Below, one piece after another: positions 1 through 12,788 of a stretch of DNA of 64,000 bases. The stretch is from NCBI GenBank assembly GCA_964016885.1, contig OZ024740.1, positions 79,422,001-79,486,000 of the forward strand, in the 5' to 3' direction. The position numbers were made by a program, and so were the translations under genes. Below the pieces are notes generated by a model that saw only the letters and a program-made list of their open reading frames with translations, was not told the DNA's origin and did not search any database. Source of the DNA: Eledone cirrhosa (Eukaryota). Each line of letters opens with the position of its first letter. Positions within the stretch are counted from its first letter, which is position 1.

Positions 1-203
1 ATACCTTTTAACCTACTTTCAAGATTTTCAAAACAAAGTGTTGTAGTGTCGTTCATGTCTTTCTTAATGTTATTGATCCTACTTAAGGTCAACTTCTAAA
101 TCATTTGGGTGTTCTATAAACTACATCCTCGTTTTGTTTCACATCTATCTAGACTATATTTTAACCTGTAATCCATGTTTCATTTATGTTGCACCTCATT
201 TCT

Positions 204-243
<40 letters not shown>

Positions 244-496
244 ATATTTGAATCTACTATGATTTGGGGTTACTTTATTCATATATATATATATGTTTTT
301 GCATGTCAGATTCAAACTTACAAATATAATGCCAATGCATTATATATATATATATATATTATTTGTTTGATAAAATAATCAAATTAAATTAATTCAACAG
401 TTAAACACATAGGAATAATAATTGTTTCTATTTTAGGCACAAGGCCAGCAACTACCCAGTTCATTACTGGTACTTTATTTACACATAGGAATAATA

Positions 497-680
497 ATTG
501 TTTCTACATTTGGCACAAGGCCAGCAATTACCCAGTGCATTACTGGTACTTTATTTTATCGACCCCGTAAGGATGAAAGGCAAAGTTAACCTCGGCGGGA
601 TTTGAACTGAGTCCGTAAAGGGACGTAACTGTGCTGCAAAGCATGGCGTCCGACCCTCTACCGATACTGCCAATTCACCA
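497..680 (-). mobile_element. tRNA-derived SINE, family A (Meta-domain-like core)
   Basis: Reverse complement has a tRNA-like head (GGCAGTATCGGTAGA...GTTCAAATCCCG) and the core GCCTTTCATCCTTACGGGGTCGATAAAATAAAGTACCAG. Flanked by the direct repeat ACACATAGGAATAATA, which also occurs at ~405 with a partial tail copy. Confidence 0.85.
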
Positions 681-1627
681 CACATAGGAATAATAATGTT
701 GTTACCAAAGGGCCAGAAGATTGACAAGTCTACCCTAAATATTACTAATAGCTCTAGGAAAACCATGAACAATAACACATCTTTTTAACTTTGATTTTGA
801 AAGTAGGTTTATAATTATCAATCTTCATAATACTTTTGTAGCTTTCTCGGTGGCCTAGTTGGAGGAATCATAGACGGTGGTGATCCTGGTCTGAAGTTCG
901 GAGCTGGTCGGGAGTAGGGTTCCCAGTAAACCTTTACAGTTTTTTTTCTATTGGTTGTAATATAAAACCTGAGAAAGGTTACATGTACCTCTTGGCCAGG
1001 ATTGAACCCAAGGCTAGGATCTCCACCGTCTCTAGTACCTACCGCTAGGCAACAGAGACAACTACAAAAATCTTATGAAAATTCATACGGTTCAACCTAC
1101 TTTCAAAATTTTCAAAACAAAATGATGTGGTGTCGTTCATGTCTTTCTTAATGTTATTGCTCCTACTTAAGGTTGATTTCTCAATCATTTGGGTGTTCCA
1201 TAGACTACATCCTCGTTTTGTTTCACATCTATCTAGACTACATTATAACCTGCAATCCATGTTTCATTCCTGTTCCACCTCATTTCTCACCCTCCTCCTC
1301 TCTCTCTCACCCCCTCTCTTTCTCTCTCTCTTTCTCTCTCTCTGTGATATTTGAATCTACTATGATTTGGGCTTACCTTATTCCTTTATATATATATATA
1401 TGTTTTTGCATGTCAGTTAGATTCAAACTTACAATGATTGGCATTATATATATATAATTTTTTCATACACTTTATATACTTCATAAAAAAATGCTTCAAA
1501 AAAGAATTGTCCCTCTTTTTTTAATAACACAATCTTTTCAATAATGTCACTTTGACGAATCAAAACAGAAAAACAGACCCATAAACATATCTCCCGTGCT
1601 ATTTCAAACTTCATCTTTTATATATAC

Positions 1628-1668
<41 letters not shown>

Positions 1669-3030
1669 CAGTGGCGGACTAGGTCTAAAAATATTGGTTG
1701 CCTGATGAAGGGGGCCCACCTACATATAGAATGCTATCATTTAATTTTTATAATGAATAAATAACATTTTCAAAAAATACATAAATGGAAACAAAACAGT
1801 GCAATCAAATTTTTGCGAAAAAATATCTTACCTTCTCAAATAAAAAATATTTTGTATTTTGCGAAATCCAGAGACTTTCAATGCACTAAGCTTTAGATTT
1901 AGTAGAATGTACAACCACTGATTCCAGCTATTTGCACTATCATATATTTTGGTTTCTAGTAATTCCTTGGGGAATTGGTTGACCAAATGCTTTGCTTAAT
2001 TGTTTTATTTATTTTTTTATTTTATTTTATTCTTTCTCTTAGATTTCAGGTATGTTTTGAAAGCAAAGCATTGGCCCCTAATAATATACTGCAATATATT
2101 ATATTTATAACTCATAATATTAAAATATATGCGAAAAAATATATCCACTCGTATATCTAAATACAGGGTATATTTCACATATTATATTGTTGTAATTGCT
2201 TTAATAAATTAATAGTTCATAATTTAATACAATACATTCTCACCTAAATATTATAAATACTTCCATATTCTTAAAAATATATATTAAAAAAATTAAATAA
2301 ATAAATAAGTATAATTATATCATTCTTTCTAAACCCATGTATATATATTTGGGTGTATATATGTATATTCCTATAAATAATTCTAAAATAACTCTACAAT
2401 TTTTTTTTCAAATTTAATAGCAAATCCTTTAAAAAAAATTTAAATAAGTATTTAAAATTTATCTAGCGTCTAAACCTAACGGATCGTTTCAGTTTTAACG
2501 TTATCCTCATTAACATATTCCCCTTGAGTGTTAAAAAATTATATTCATTATCCTCAATGATCTTATGACATTAAGTTCACATGAAGATATGTCAGTATCT
2601 TCATGTGAACTTTGATGCCCTGGTGGCAAATAAATAGAAATTACTCTCTTAACTCCTCCTCTCTCATTAAACAAACAAATACTCTCCCACTCTCTATATC
2701 CGACTACATACCTCACTCACGCTCACAATTCCCCCTCTCTCCCTAGACGAAAGCGTACTTAAATATTAGTACCCTTGAAATACGTATAATAAAATAAATA
2801 TGGTTTTATAAAGATATTATAAATATATATATATATAATTATTTCTAATTGTGGCAAAAGGCCAGCAGTTTCTTTGGCGGGGTCAGCCGCTTATATTGAC
2901 CCCAGTGTTGACTGGTACTTTATTTTACCAACCTTGGAAGAGTGAAAGGCAAAGTTAACTTCAGCGGGATTTGAACTTCGATCGTAATGAACTGGAATAA
3001 ATACTGCTAAGCAATAAAAAAAATATATAT

Positions 3031-3172
3031 ACTACACCACCCGTGGCCCGTTGGGTCACATTCACTTAAAAATATTATTTTTTTTAAATCATGTTCACTG
3101 AAAAATAATTTTTAAATAATCAAAATATACACAGGCATCTATATAATGTAAAATGAAATTGGAAGGCCATAC

Positions 3173-3244
<72 letters not shown>

Positions 3245-3274
3245 CCTATATACACTGGTCACATACACACACAT

Positions 3275-3305
<31 letters not shown>

Positions 3306-4035
3306 CACACACATACATATATTCACAAACTTAGAAACCCTTCCTATTAAGCAGGAATATAGAGAGGGAGAGAGAATTTTATGGTCTAGTGAGAGGGGGA
3401 ATTTTGAGAGAGTGAGGTATGTAGTGGTATATAGAGAGCGGGAGAGTATTTGTTGGCTTAGTGAGAGAGGGGGAATTAAGAGAGTGCAGTATGTAGTGGA
3501 TTATAGAGAGAGGGAGAGAGTTTGTAGGCATAGTGTGAGAGGGTGTATTGGGAGCGAGAGTAAGGTATGGAGTGGTATATAGAGAGTGAGAGAGTATTTG
3601 TTGGTTGTCAGAGAGGGGGAATTAAGAGAGTGAAAGAGGGTGATTTATGTAGTGGAATAGAGAGAGGGAGAAGAGAATTTGGTGGTCTAGTGAGAGAGGA
3701 GGATTTGTGCGAGAGAGTGTGGTATGTATTGGGATACAGAGAGGGGTGAGAGTTTATTAACCTAGTGAGAGAGGTGAGAGTTTATTAACCTAGTGGGAGA
3801 GGAGTTAAGAGAGTGAGGTATGTAGTGGAATATAAAGAGGGGTAGAGAATTTGTAGTCTAGTGATAGAGGGGGAATTTTGAGAGAGGGTAAGGTATGTAG
3901 TGGGTTATAGAGAGGGGGGGGGGTTATTAGCCTAGGGAGAGAGGGGGAATTGTGAGCGTGAGTGAGGTATGTAGTCGGATATAGAGAGTGGGAGAGTATT
4001 TGTTTGTTTAATGAGAGAGGAGGAGTTAAGAGAGT
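3031..4035. mobile_element. Non-autonomous repeat (possibly Helitron-like) with (TG)n and a degenerate ~60-bp GA-rich array
   Basis: Its start (ACCACCCGTG...AAAATAATTTTTAAATAAT...GTAAAATGAAATTGGAAGGCC...GTGACCTATATACACTGGTCAC...CCCTTCCTA) is shared with a second copy at 6285-7400. Terminal hairpin GTGGCCC-GTT-GGGTCAC. Confidence 0.55.
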
Positions 4036-4660
4036 AATTTCTATTTATTTGCCACCAGGGCATCAAAGATTGGGACAAATACAAAGGGGGGAGTTTACAT
4101 ACATTTAAAAAGACGTGTAAAAAAACATATAACAAATTAAATTTAACAATCGATGTCCTCAATAGGGAGGGGCATTGACATGGGTCGCACACACCCCCGA
4201 AAAAATGTGCAACCCTCCTCTTCAGGAGCACAAAGAGCGGGTGCTTCCTTCCTCTTCTCATTCTTCTCCTCTCTCACCTACAGGCTGATATAGAGAGAAG
4301 GCCCATTCACTCGGGCCATTCTCGCTACTTTCACCCACCTTTCATAAAACTTGCTGGGGTAGAGCACCTCTCTCTTCATTCTGATCCTTCTTCTAAAGTG
4401 ATACTTGAAAAAAAGGACCAGTTGTTGGCCGGAGAGAAAGGTGTCTGACCTCAGCCCTTTCAACCTTGTCCACCATACAACCTCTTTCGCCATAGCTATC
4501 ACACAGAGGAAAACCGCCTCTCCTTCATTTTTGAAAGGGGGAGGCGGTTGGATCGTGACAATGTTCTCGGTGGTCAACCGGATTGGTCCCACCCAGATTT
4601 TTCGTCGCTATGGTCATTGCGGCCCGTCTATCGGTCGCTGTATTTGATTTGCAAAGCTGT
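4036..4660 (-). mobile_element. 3' end of an L1/Tx1-type LINE (ORF2 C-terminus + 3' UTR)
   Basis: ORF 4278-4592(-) ...AKEVVWWTRLK...F..RW resembles Tx1-type ORF2 C-termini and is followed by a UTR ending in AATAAATAGAAAT. Confidence 0.6.
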
Positions 4661-4920
4661 CTAAACGTAATGTTATAACTCTGGAGAAATATTCTCCATT
4701 GAGTGCTTAGCTGCTCACCGAAACTGCATTCGTTAGCTTGGCTGCTACCAAAAGCTTCGTTGATGCTGTACTAAAATTTGTATATATATATATATATACA
4801 GGATGTACCAAGCAAATGTATACACACTGATTAGAATGCTGTTGAAGTGTATATACATTTTTGGGGACACCTTGTATATATATATGTGAGATTGTATATA
4901 TACATATATTTATATATATT

Positions 4921-5446
4921 ATGTCGGGTCGTTCGCGAATGCTACTGGTAACATGTAACATACAACCTGTCTCATGGTCGAGTCGCCGGCAACTAAACCG
5001 GCAATCCCACCAGCTTGCTTGGTGAGGGGGGGTGATATTTGGACACCCTGCGGGATAAAATACAAGACCCGGCAAAGGGCGGAGGAACTCAGCAGAGTCA
5101 ACGGCCATCCAAAGAGTACTTTATTTTCCACCTGGGAGTGAAAGGCCCCCAGTTGTTGTTACAACACCTTTCTAAGAGAGGGAAACTCGGAAAAAATAAA
5201 CCTGCAGCTTCGGAAGCATCCGATGATGTTGACCAGTTCTCCTTTTCGGGTAATGTTTGCGATGCTCAGAGAGTGGGATTGGTCGAGTGCAAGGCCTTTC
5301 CCCACTTAAAAAACCTTCAAAGCACAGGCATTGTTTGTTCAGGATCTGTTACAGGTTCGTGTGGCTGACCGTAGCCTAAAGGTGCACCATTTTCTGTAAT
5401 CTGACAAGCGATTGCAATACTCTCAGCAGAGTTTGCAGCCACCATT
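4921..5446. mobile_element. Unclassified non-coding element in (TA)n, paralog of 33765-34370
   Basis: Colinear with 33765-34370 (TGCTACTGGTAACATGTA...ACAACCTGTCTCATGGTCG...CCATCCAAA...GCAGC(C)CACCAT). Both copies are flanked by TA repeats. Confidence 0.65.
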
Positions 5447-5527
<81 letters not shown>

Positions 5528-5671
5528 TTATACATATATATATATAAAGATATATATATATATATATAAAGATATATATATATATTATATATATATATAA
5601 AGATATATATACACATAAATATATATACAGTGTATGTTTATATATATATAGATATATATATATGATGGTAC

Positions 5672-5697
<26 letters not shown>

Positions 5698-5702
<5 letters not shown>

Positions 5703-6237
5703 TTACAATAATCAAAGTTCAGTTTAAATCATTTATTTGCTTACAATTGTTTCCTCCAAACCGAGGTTTGGATTCTTCGGAGCAACTATTTAGTGATCTA
5801 TAACATACTTGACCTCCTTTTCAACACAAGAGACATATACAAACATATGCATATATTGACACAGTGGGATGACATCCATCAAAATGATGGATGTCATCCC
5901 ACTGTGGGTCAATATATGCATATGTTTTTATATGTCTCTTGTGTTGAAAAGGAGGTCAAGTATGTTATAGATCACTAAATAGTTGCTCCGAAGAATCCAA
6001 ACCTCGGTTTGGAGGAAACAATTGTAAGCAAATAAATGATTTAAACTGAACTTTGATTATTGTAATCTCTATATAACTGCTCTGTAAAACAACCGATGTT
6101 ATTACCTTGAGCTATTTATCTTACTGGTAATAAGATAGTAATTAATGACTATCTTTCACTATTTGGGGTTTGTATAAAAAATATATAACCATAAAAGGTT
6201 TTATTACATACATAACCATCAATAGTATCCTTAATAC
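5698..6237 (+). mobile_element. Fold-back Penelope pLTR-like element with hammerhead motif
   Basis: ~185-bp inverted arms 5698-5880 / 5886-6070 plus a unique tail to 6237, flanked by (TA)n/(GA)n. Confidence 0.75.
5980..6034 (+). ncRNA. Type I minimal hammerhead ribozyme motif (CCGAAGA core variant)
   Basis: TAGTTGCT-CCGAAGA-A-TCCAAACC/TC/GGTTTGGA-G-GAAA-CAATTG-TA-AGCAAATA: stem I TTGCT/AGCAA, long stem II, palindromic stem III, GUA triplet. Confidence 0.65.
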
Positions 6238-6348
6238 TATATATATATATATACCATATATATATTTGTACCATATATATATATACTCGACCACCCGTGT
6301 CACGTTAATTTAAAAATAATTTTTAAATAATTAAAATAAACACAGACA

Positions 6349-6835
6349 TCTAAACTATAATAAAGTAAGGAGTGCGGGACTGCGTCCAGAATATATATTT
6401 TTTTATCCCTTTTGTAAAATAAGTTGGATTACTTTGAATAAATAATGAATGAATATTACATAATTTATCTACTAAATTTCGTTATTCTTGATTAAATATG
6501 AATAATATTGTTGCTTATTTCAAGATTCACTTCTTCAAAATTTTCAAATGGCAACACTTCCGGTTAGCGATCGCTTAAATAAACATTCATATATTTCCAT
6601 CACTAATTTTCTCCTAATGCAGTTTATATATAATATCGTCTTTTTTTAATGTATCATGGATTACGTTACTGATTACAAAAGACAGTGTAACACAGTCTTC
6701 GTTCAATTTCTGTGTATATTGTCAATTACGATTTTATTTGACGTATATCTAAATGCATATATACTTGCGTATAATATCACTATGCACACTACACATGCTA
6801 GCAGAAAACCACCCGAAGGGTGGTTTTTCTGCTAG
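6349..6835 (+). mobile_element. Non-autonomous Helitron nested in another repeat
   Basis: 5' TC, 3' hairpin CCACCC-GAA-GGGTGG then CTAG, inserted between A and T. The empty site is visible in the paralog at ~3137. Confidence 0.8.
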
Positions 6836-6889
6836 TGTATATAATGTAAAATGAAATTGGAAGGCCCGTGTATATATGTGTGTGTTTGT

Positions 6890-7016
<127 letters not shown>

Positions 7017-7230
7017 ATGTGTGGTTGAGTGGTTAGAGAATTGGATTCGCAATCGTGAGGTTGTGAGTTCGATTCCCGGACCGAGCGGTGTGTTATGTCC
7101 TTGACCAATACACTTTATTTTACGTTGCTCCTTCTACCTGGAGTTGCGACCGATAGATAGTATTAGCAATTGGAAAGACCAATGGAAACATTATTTCTTC
7201 GGTCCGATTTGACGAAATTCGATCGTTCCT
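7017..7230 (+). mobile_element. tRNA-derived SINE, family B (CORE-like domain)
   Basis: A box TGGTTGAGTGG, B box GTTCGATTCC, and TGTCCTTGA..AA.ACACTTTATTT. Near-identical to 12570-12788. Confidence 0.8.
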
Positions 7231-7231
7231 T

Positions 7232-7294
<63 letters not shown>

Positions 7295-7411
7295 GGGGGT
7301 TGTGTGTGTGTGTGTGCGCGGGTGTATGTGACCTATATACACTGGTCACAGACACACACATACACACACACTTAGAAGCCCTTCCTACTTAGCAGGAAAT
7401 ATTCGCTATCC

Positions 7412-7473
<62 letters not shown>

Positions 7474-7819
7474 ATTTTCCTTCTCTATCCCCTCCCTCTT
7501 CCTCTATGTCTCTCTTTCAATCTACTCTCTCACAACCACTATCTCTTTCTCACTATCTTTCTCTCTCTCTATTTATGAAGGTACCCGGAAAAAACCCGTA
7601 TCTCGGGATCCTGTGCTCTGATTTACGCGAAACTTGTTTTATTCCATTTGTATTCCCATTTTAGGGGCCGTTTTGGCTGTATTTACTGACAAGCACATAA
7701 TCACAGAGTTTTAGTAGTATATATAGATAGATAGAATAATCAGATGTAGACCATGCTGTACTTTCTGAAATAAATGTGAAAAACATACTCATTGTGTGTT
7801 TCCGGATACAGAGATTGTT

Positions 7820-8200
7820 TTGCATATATTTAACACCAATGGTCACGAATTACACTGTTGGGTAATGATCGAAAGTATATGATCGCGAATACAAGCGGAC
7901 GAAATGGGGTTCATCCGAAGGGTCTTTGGAGTAATGGTACTTGAGAGAGTGCATAGCTCGGAGACCAGAGAGTCGTTCCAGGTAGAACCACTACATCTCT
8001 GAATTGAGAGATCACAGCTCCGATACTACGAACATATTTTATTGGCAAAACAAACTGACAAGAAACCCAGGGGTAAGATTTGGTCTCGCTTGGGGATCTA
8101 GCCGGATCAATTGGAGACAGTTGCTTCTGACATGACCCGTTGAAAAGCGTGTTTGAGGACTCTGCCCCCACGACCCTCTCAAGAAAAAGAAATTGATTTG
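7820..8200 (+). mobile_element. Degenerate RTE-clade LINE 3' fragment
   Basis: Interrupted frame EMGFIRRVFG...SSETRESFQVEPLHL*IERSQLRYY...LPPRP, typical of RTE C-termini. Confidence 0.6.
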
Positions 8201-8675
8201 TTACGTCAAATCCCAATTAATTTTGAGGACTTAATCAAAGACTTTAGAATTAAAAATATGAGAAAACTTAAAAGAATAAATAAAGTAGGTTAATCTCTTA
8301 TGATGATGTATCTTCAAGGTTAGAAACCAATGGGATAAAAGATGTTTTGTTTCATACAAATAACCATATTTCTTCAATAGACGCCCCCCCCCCCCCCCCC
8401 CCACACACAAATAGTCAATATTATCGATTACCGAAGGGGTCGATAAAATAAAGTACCAGTAATGCACTGGGTAATTACTGGCCTTGTGCCTAAAGTAGAG
8501 ACAATTATCGATTACCGAAGAAAAAGATCGTTTTTAAATAAATGTTTGTATTTCTCTTTATAACAAGTTTTTAAAAGAAATAACAAAAGTGCGTTGAAAA
8601 TGTCACTGTTAATATGTATTGCTTACTATAGTAGTTAAATAAAATTAAAAAATAACAGCTGGGGGTGGTCTAGAA

Positions 8676-8993
8676 GAGGGATGTGCAACATATTCCATTG
8701 GTGGGCCACTTTTGAACATTGGAACAACTATTAGGGCCATTAATATTTATTAAGCACTATTCCAAAGATTCACCACAATTTCTTTCCATAACATGGAACT
8801 GGGAAATTATAACATACATAACCCTATCAGTGAAACCCTTTTGTATAGGTCAACTAACAGAAAATTGTATTACGGTTACGAAAAAAATTCTAAATAAGCC
8901 TACAAAGTAAAAATTAAAAACGGTCATTGCGGGCCACTCTGACTGGTTCGGCGGGCCAGATTTGCCATGCGGGCCGCCTGTTGCACGCCCCTG
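8676..8993. mobile_element. hAT MITE
   Basis: TIRs GAGGGATGTGCAAC / GTTGCACGCCCCTG and 8-bp TSD GTCTAGAA. Paralog at 24742-25477. Confidence 0.85.
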
Positions 8994-10147
8994 GTCTAGA
9001 AGAAAACTAGAAAACTTTTAATCTATTACTAGATGCCCCTTACCTACTGACTTCTCACCACCACCACCCCCGCCTACAGATCTTTACCTAATTACCTCTA
9101 ACCCTTGCAATAAACTCTAAGCATGACCTATGTTATCTCTCTTCTCCTCTTAACTTAAAAAAAGGATTGCCACTCGTTTTCACTCCTACATATGTGTGTG
9201 ACAAACAGACAAGCGGAAAAGCAACTTTTCTTTTATAAAATAGATTTCACATTCAGTGTTCATAATATTTCAATATCTTGTCAGTTAGACAATGGAGAGG
9301 CATTGTTGGGATGTGCGTATAACATAAGTTGTTTTAATTCTAACTATAATCATAAAGATGAATTTGAGAGAATTTTATCAACGAAGGATCCTCTACATGG
9401 ACTTTCGACATGCTAGATATTGTAGCTAAATCCACCTCAAATCACGCCCTAGTGTTTTAAAAAAAGGACACTAGTTCTAGGTATACAAAAAAAAGGCAAT
9501 GGTCACAGCAGGAATGCCTGTAATCATAGGTTTACTCGGTCATGCTGACCTGGAGCTAAACAACCTCGTTTTAGCTTATTTTTCATTCAAAACGAATAAT
9601 CAGTCCCATAAAAAAAAACTGCAATGATTTGAAAATCAATGTATTCATTGTGTATATCAAAGGTTCTCAACGTGAGGCATATGCACCCCGGGGGAGTTTC
9701 GGAACTCCAGGAGAATTTGGGAGCAAGGGGGCGTTAGGGGGGCGTTTGGAGCTTGGGGGAGGAGGAGGGCGCTGGAAGGCTCTTTACTTTGGTCAGTTTT
9801 ATAAGCCATATTTGTGTGTCTTTGAGACAGCCAGTGTGAATGCATTTGAATGAGCATGCAGACAGCATAACTATGGTCTGACCGCAACTGTGAGCAGGTG
9901 TGCAGGCGTGTCTAGACATTAACCGGCAATTGAGATCCTAAATATGGAAAAACCTACAGTCAACTGCGTCAAGGACACTTTGAGCGCAGCCAGTTAGAAT
10001 CTTATCTTTCCTTCACCGATAACAATGTATTTCATGTCTGAAATTATTAGCTCAACCGTAACGAGTTAACACTATGTAGATCTATTTTATTCCCTATTGT
10101 ATAAATAATATTACAAATAAAAAAGAAAAGAAAAACCACAGAAGTGG

Positions 10148-10812
10148 GTAGCACACACATCTAGGACCACATACAACACATAATCAGATAATACACACAT
10201 CTAGGACCACATACAACACATAAGCAGGTAATATACACATCTAGGACCACATACAACACATAAGCAGGTAATAGACACATCTAGGACCACATGCAACACA
10301 TAAGGAGGTAGCACACACATCTAGGACCACATACAACACACAGGCAGGTAATACATACATCTAGGACTACATACAACACATAAGCAGGTAATACATACAT
10401 TTAGGACCACATACAACACATAATCAGGTAATACAAACATCTAGGACCACATACAACACATAATCAGGTAATACAAACATCTAGGACCACATGCAACACA
10501 TAAGGAGGTAGCACACACATCTAGGACCACATACAACACACAGGCAGGTAATACATACATCTAGGACTACATACAACACATAAGAAGGTAATACATACAT
10601 TTAGGACCACATACAACACATAATCAGGTAATACAAACATCTAGGACCACATACAACACATAAGGATGTAATACACACATCTAGGATCACATACAACACA
10701 CAAGCAGATAATACATACAGCTGGGACCACGTGCAATACATAAGCAGGTAATACATACATCTAGGACTACATACAACACACAGGCAGGTAATACATACAT
10801 CTAGGACCACAT
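10148..10812. repeat. 40-bp minisatellite (~16 copies) inside the hAT element
   Basis: Unit CTAGGACCACATACAACACATAAGCAGGTAATACATACAT. Confidence 0.95.
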
Positions 10813-11800
10813 GTGCTACGAACGACGCAAGAGCAATGGTCGGCCAATATAAGGGTTTCGTCACTCTTCTGAAGAGAGAAAATCTGTATTTGCTGTTCAT
10901 TGTGTCATTCATCGACAACACTTGGCTGCAAAGAAACTCAGCAAGCCGCTGAGCAAGTCCTTGCAGGTGGCCATTGACGTCATCAATTTTATCAAACGGC
11001 ATTCCCTCAATGAAAGAATTTTCCGGCAACTGTGCCAAGATAATGACGAAGAATTCGTCAAGTTGCTCCTTCATACTGAAGTGAGGTGGCTTTCAAAGGG
11101 CAAGTGCTTTACTCACTTCTTTGAACTCTTCGACTCTATCATTGAGTTTCTGCGAGGACGCAACACAGAACTGTACAAGAAAACCCCTACCTCACCGACA
11201 TCTTCGACAAATGCAATAGCGTCATTTTGGCTTTGCAGGGGAAGAAGATCACCTTGCTTAAAACAAGGAATGCTGTGAAAACATTCCTGGCCAAATTGAA
11301 TATCATCGAAAAGAATCTTTGTTGACTGGAATTCTATAATTTTCCTAGTGTCGCCAATGTTCAAAACATTGTAAGCGATGATCAACTCCAAATTTATACC
11401 ACTCACCTCCGTGCGCTACAAGACAACATGCGAGAATGGTTTGTCGACCTTTTGCCGATGGACATCCCAATGTGGATAACAGATCCCTTAATAGATACTG
11501 TCGATGATTTGGACGTTAAATTTCAGGAAGAATTCATTGAACTTCAAACAGATGACATGATCAAAATTAGATTTTCCAAAATCCTTTTTTGGATGCAAGA
11601 GGAAATTCAGCGTCGATTTCCACACCAACATGCAAAGGCTAAGAGATTTGGTCTGCCTTTTCCAAGCTCATACTTAGTCGAGAGGGGGTTTGGCGCTGTT
11701 TCCAGACTGCACAGTAAGGCTCACAACCGCTACATCTTACGAAAATCCAGTCTGGCGTCAACGAGTTAGCTAGACTCCATGAAGCTCAAGGGTCCCATTG
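10813..11800 (+). pseudogene. Frameshifted Buster/ZBED5/SCAND3-like hAT transposase (C-terminal part)
   Basis: HCVIHRQHLAAK, LLLHTEVRWLSKG and FPSSYLVERGF motifs spread across several frames. Confidence 0.9.
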
Positions 11801-12569
11801 AAATAAGGTCGAAGTTAAAGTAAGTTGATTTATCCGAAAACTTGGATATGCTATTGTTACAAAGCAAACTAACAATTTTTTTATTTGTAGTTGCAGTCTG
11901 ACTGGACCGGAAACCATCTACTTCAATTCACTTACTCATTTGTTGTATATATTTTACCATTTACTAATAAATATACCCTTTTACGTGGTCATGAAAACCC
12001 TCTTCCGTGGTCTCTAAGCTCACAAAGCGGAGGGGACATCAAGTTAGATATCAACATTTATTCTGTCCGTTTCATTAAAGGGAACATTGGAAAGTTTTGA
12101 AATGATATAATTGTCACTTTCTTCCAGATAAGAGCACACTTGGGATAGATAGAGTTGCTCTTGTATAAATGTTCAAAATAGCTGCTATCGCCTGGTGGGA
12201 ATATAACAAATTCAACTGGTCCTTATTCATAAAAAAGAACATTTATGTTCCTTTTTTTGAAATTTATATATTTCCTTTCAAGGAATGTATTTATACTCTC
12301 AGCTGCCTGTAATGGTATCTTTGGAATATCGTTAATCAATTTTTTTAGTAATTTACTGATATCAAAATCAGTAGTATATTGAAAAATGGAAAAATAGGGT
12401 AGGGAGGCGTTTCGTGATTTCGAGGGACAAAAGGGGGCGTTTGACCTAAATGGGTTGAGAACCTGTGGTGTATATAATAAAAATGTATGAGTATAAATAT
12501 ACGTCTGCCTGTATACATAAATATTTAATATATGAAACATGTGTATATTTACGGCCATATATCTATGTG

Positions 12570-12788
12570 AAGGCGTGTGGCTGAGTGGTTAGAGAATTGG
12601 ATTCACAATCTTGAGGTTGTGAGTTCTATTCCTGGACCGGGCGATGCGTTATGTCCTTGAGCAAGACACTTTATTTCACGTTGTTCCTTCTACCTGGAGT
12701 TGCGACCGATAGATAGTATTAGCAACTGGAAAGACCGACGGAAACATTGTTTCCTCGGTCCGATTTGACGAAAGTCGATCGATCCTTT
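12570..12788 (+). mobile_element. tRNA-derived SINE, family B (CORE-like)
   Basis: GGCGTGTGGCTGAGTGGTTAG...TGTCCTTGAGCAAGACACTTTATTTCAC. Same tail as the 7017 copy. Confidence 0.8.

Larger units (their letters stand above)
9658..12467 (+). mobile_element. hAT (Buster/Charlie-type) DNA transposon, defective
   Basis: TIRs CAAAGGTTCTCAAC / GTTGAGAACCTGTG, perfect 8-bp TSD GTGTATAT (9650-9657, 12468-12475), and a transposase remnant inside. Confidence 0.92.

Noticed and set aside
7017-7090. tRNA-like sequences
   Set aside because: SINE heads with a downstream core and tail, and no complete cloverleaf.
9029-9244. Possible small Helitron (CTAG...ATAGA termini)
   Set aside because: No clear 3' hairpin, so support is insufficient.
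10601-11074. 157-aa minus-strand ORF
   Set aside because: Antisense of the hAT transposase plus the minisatellite.
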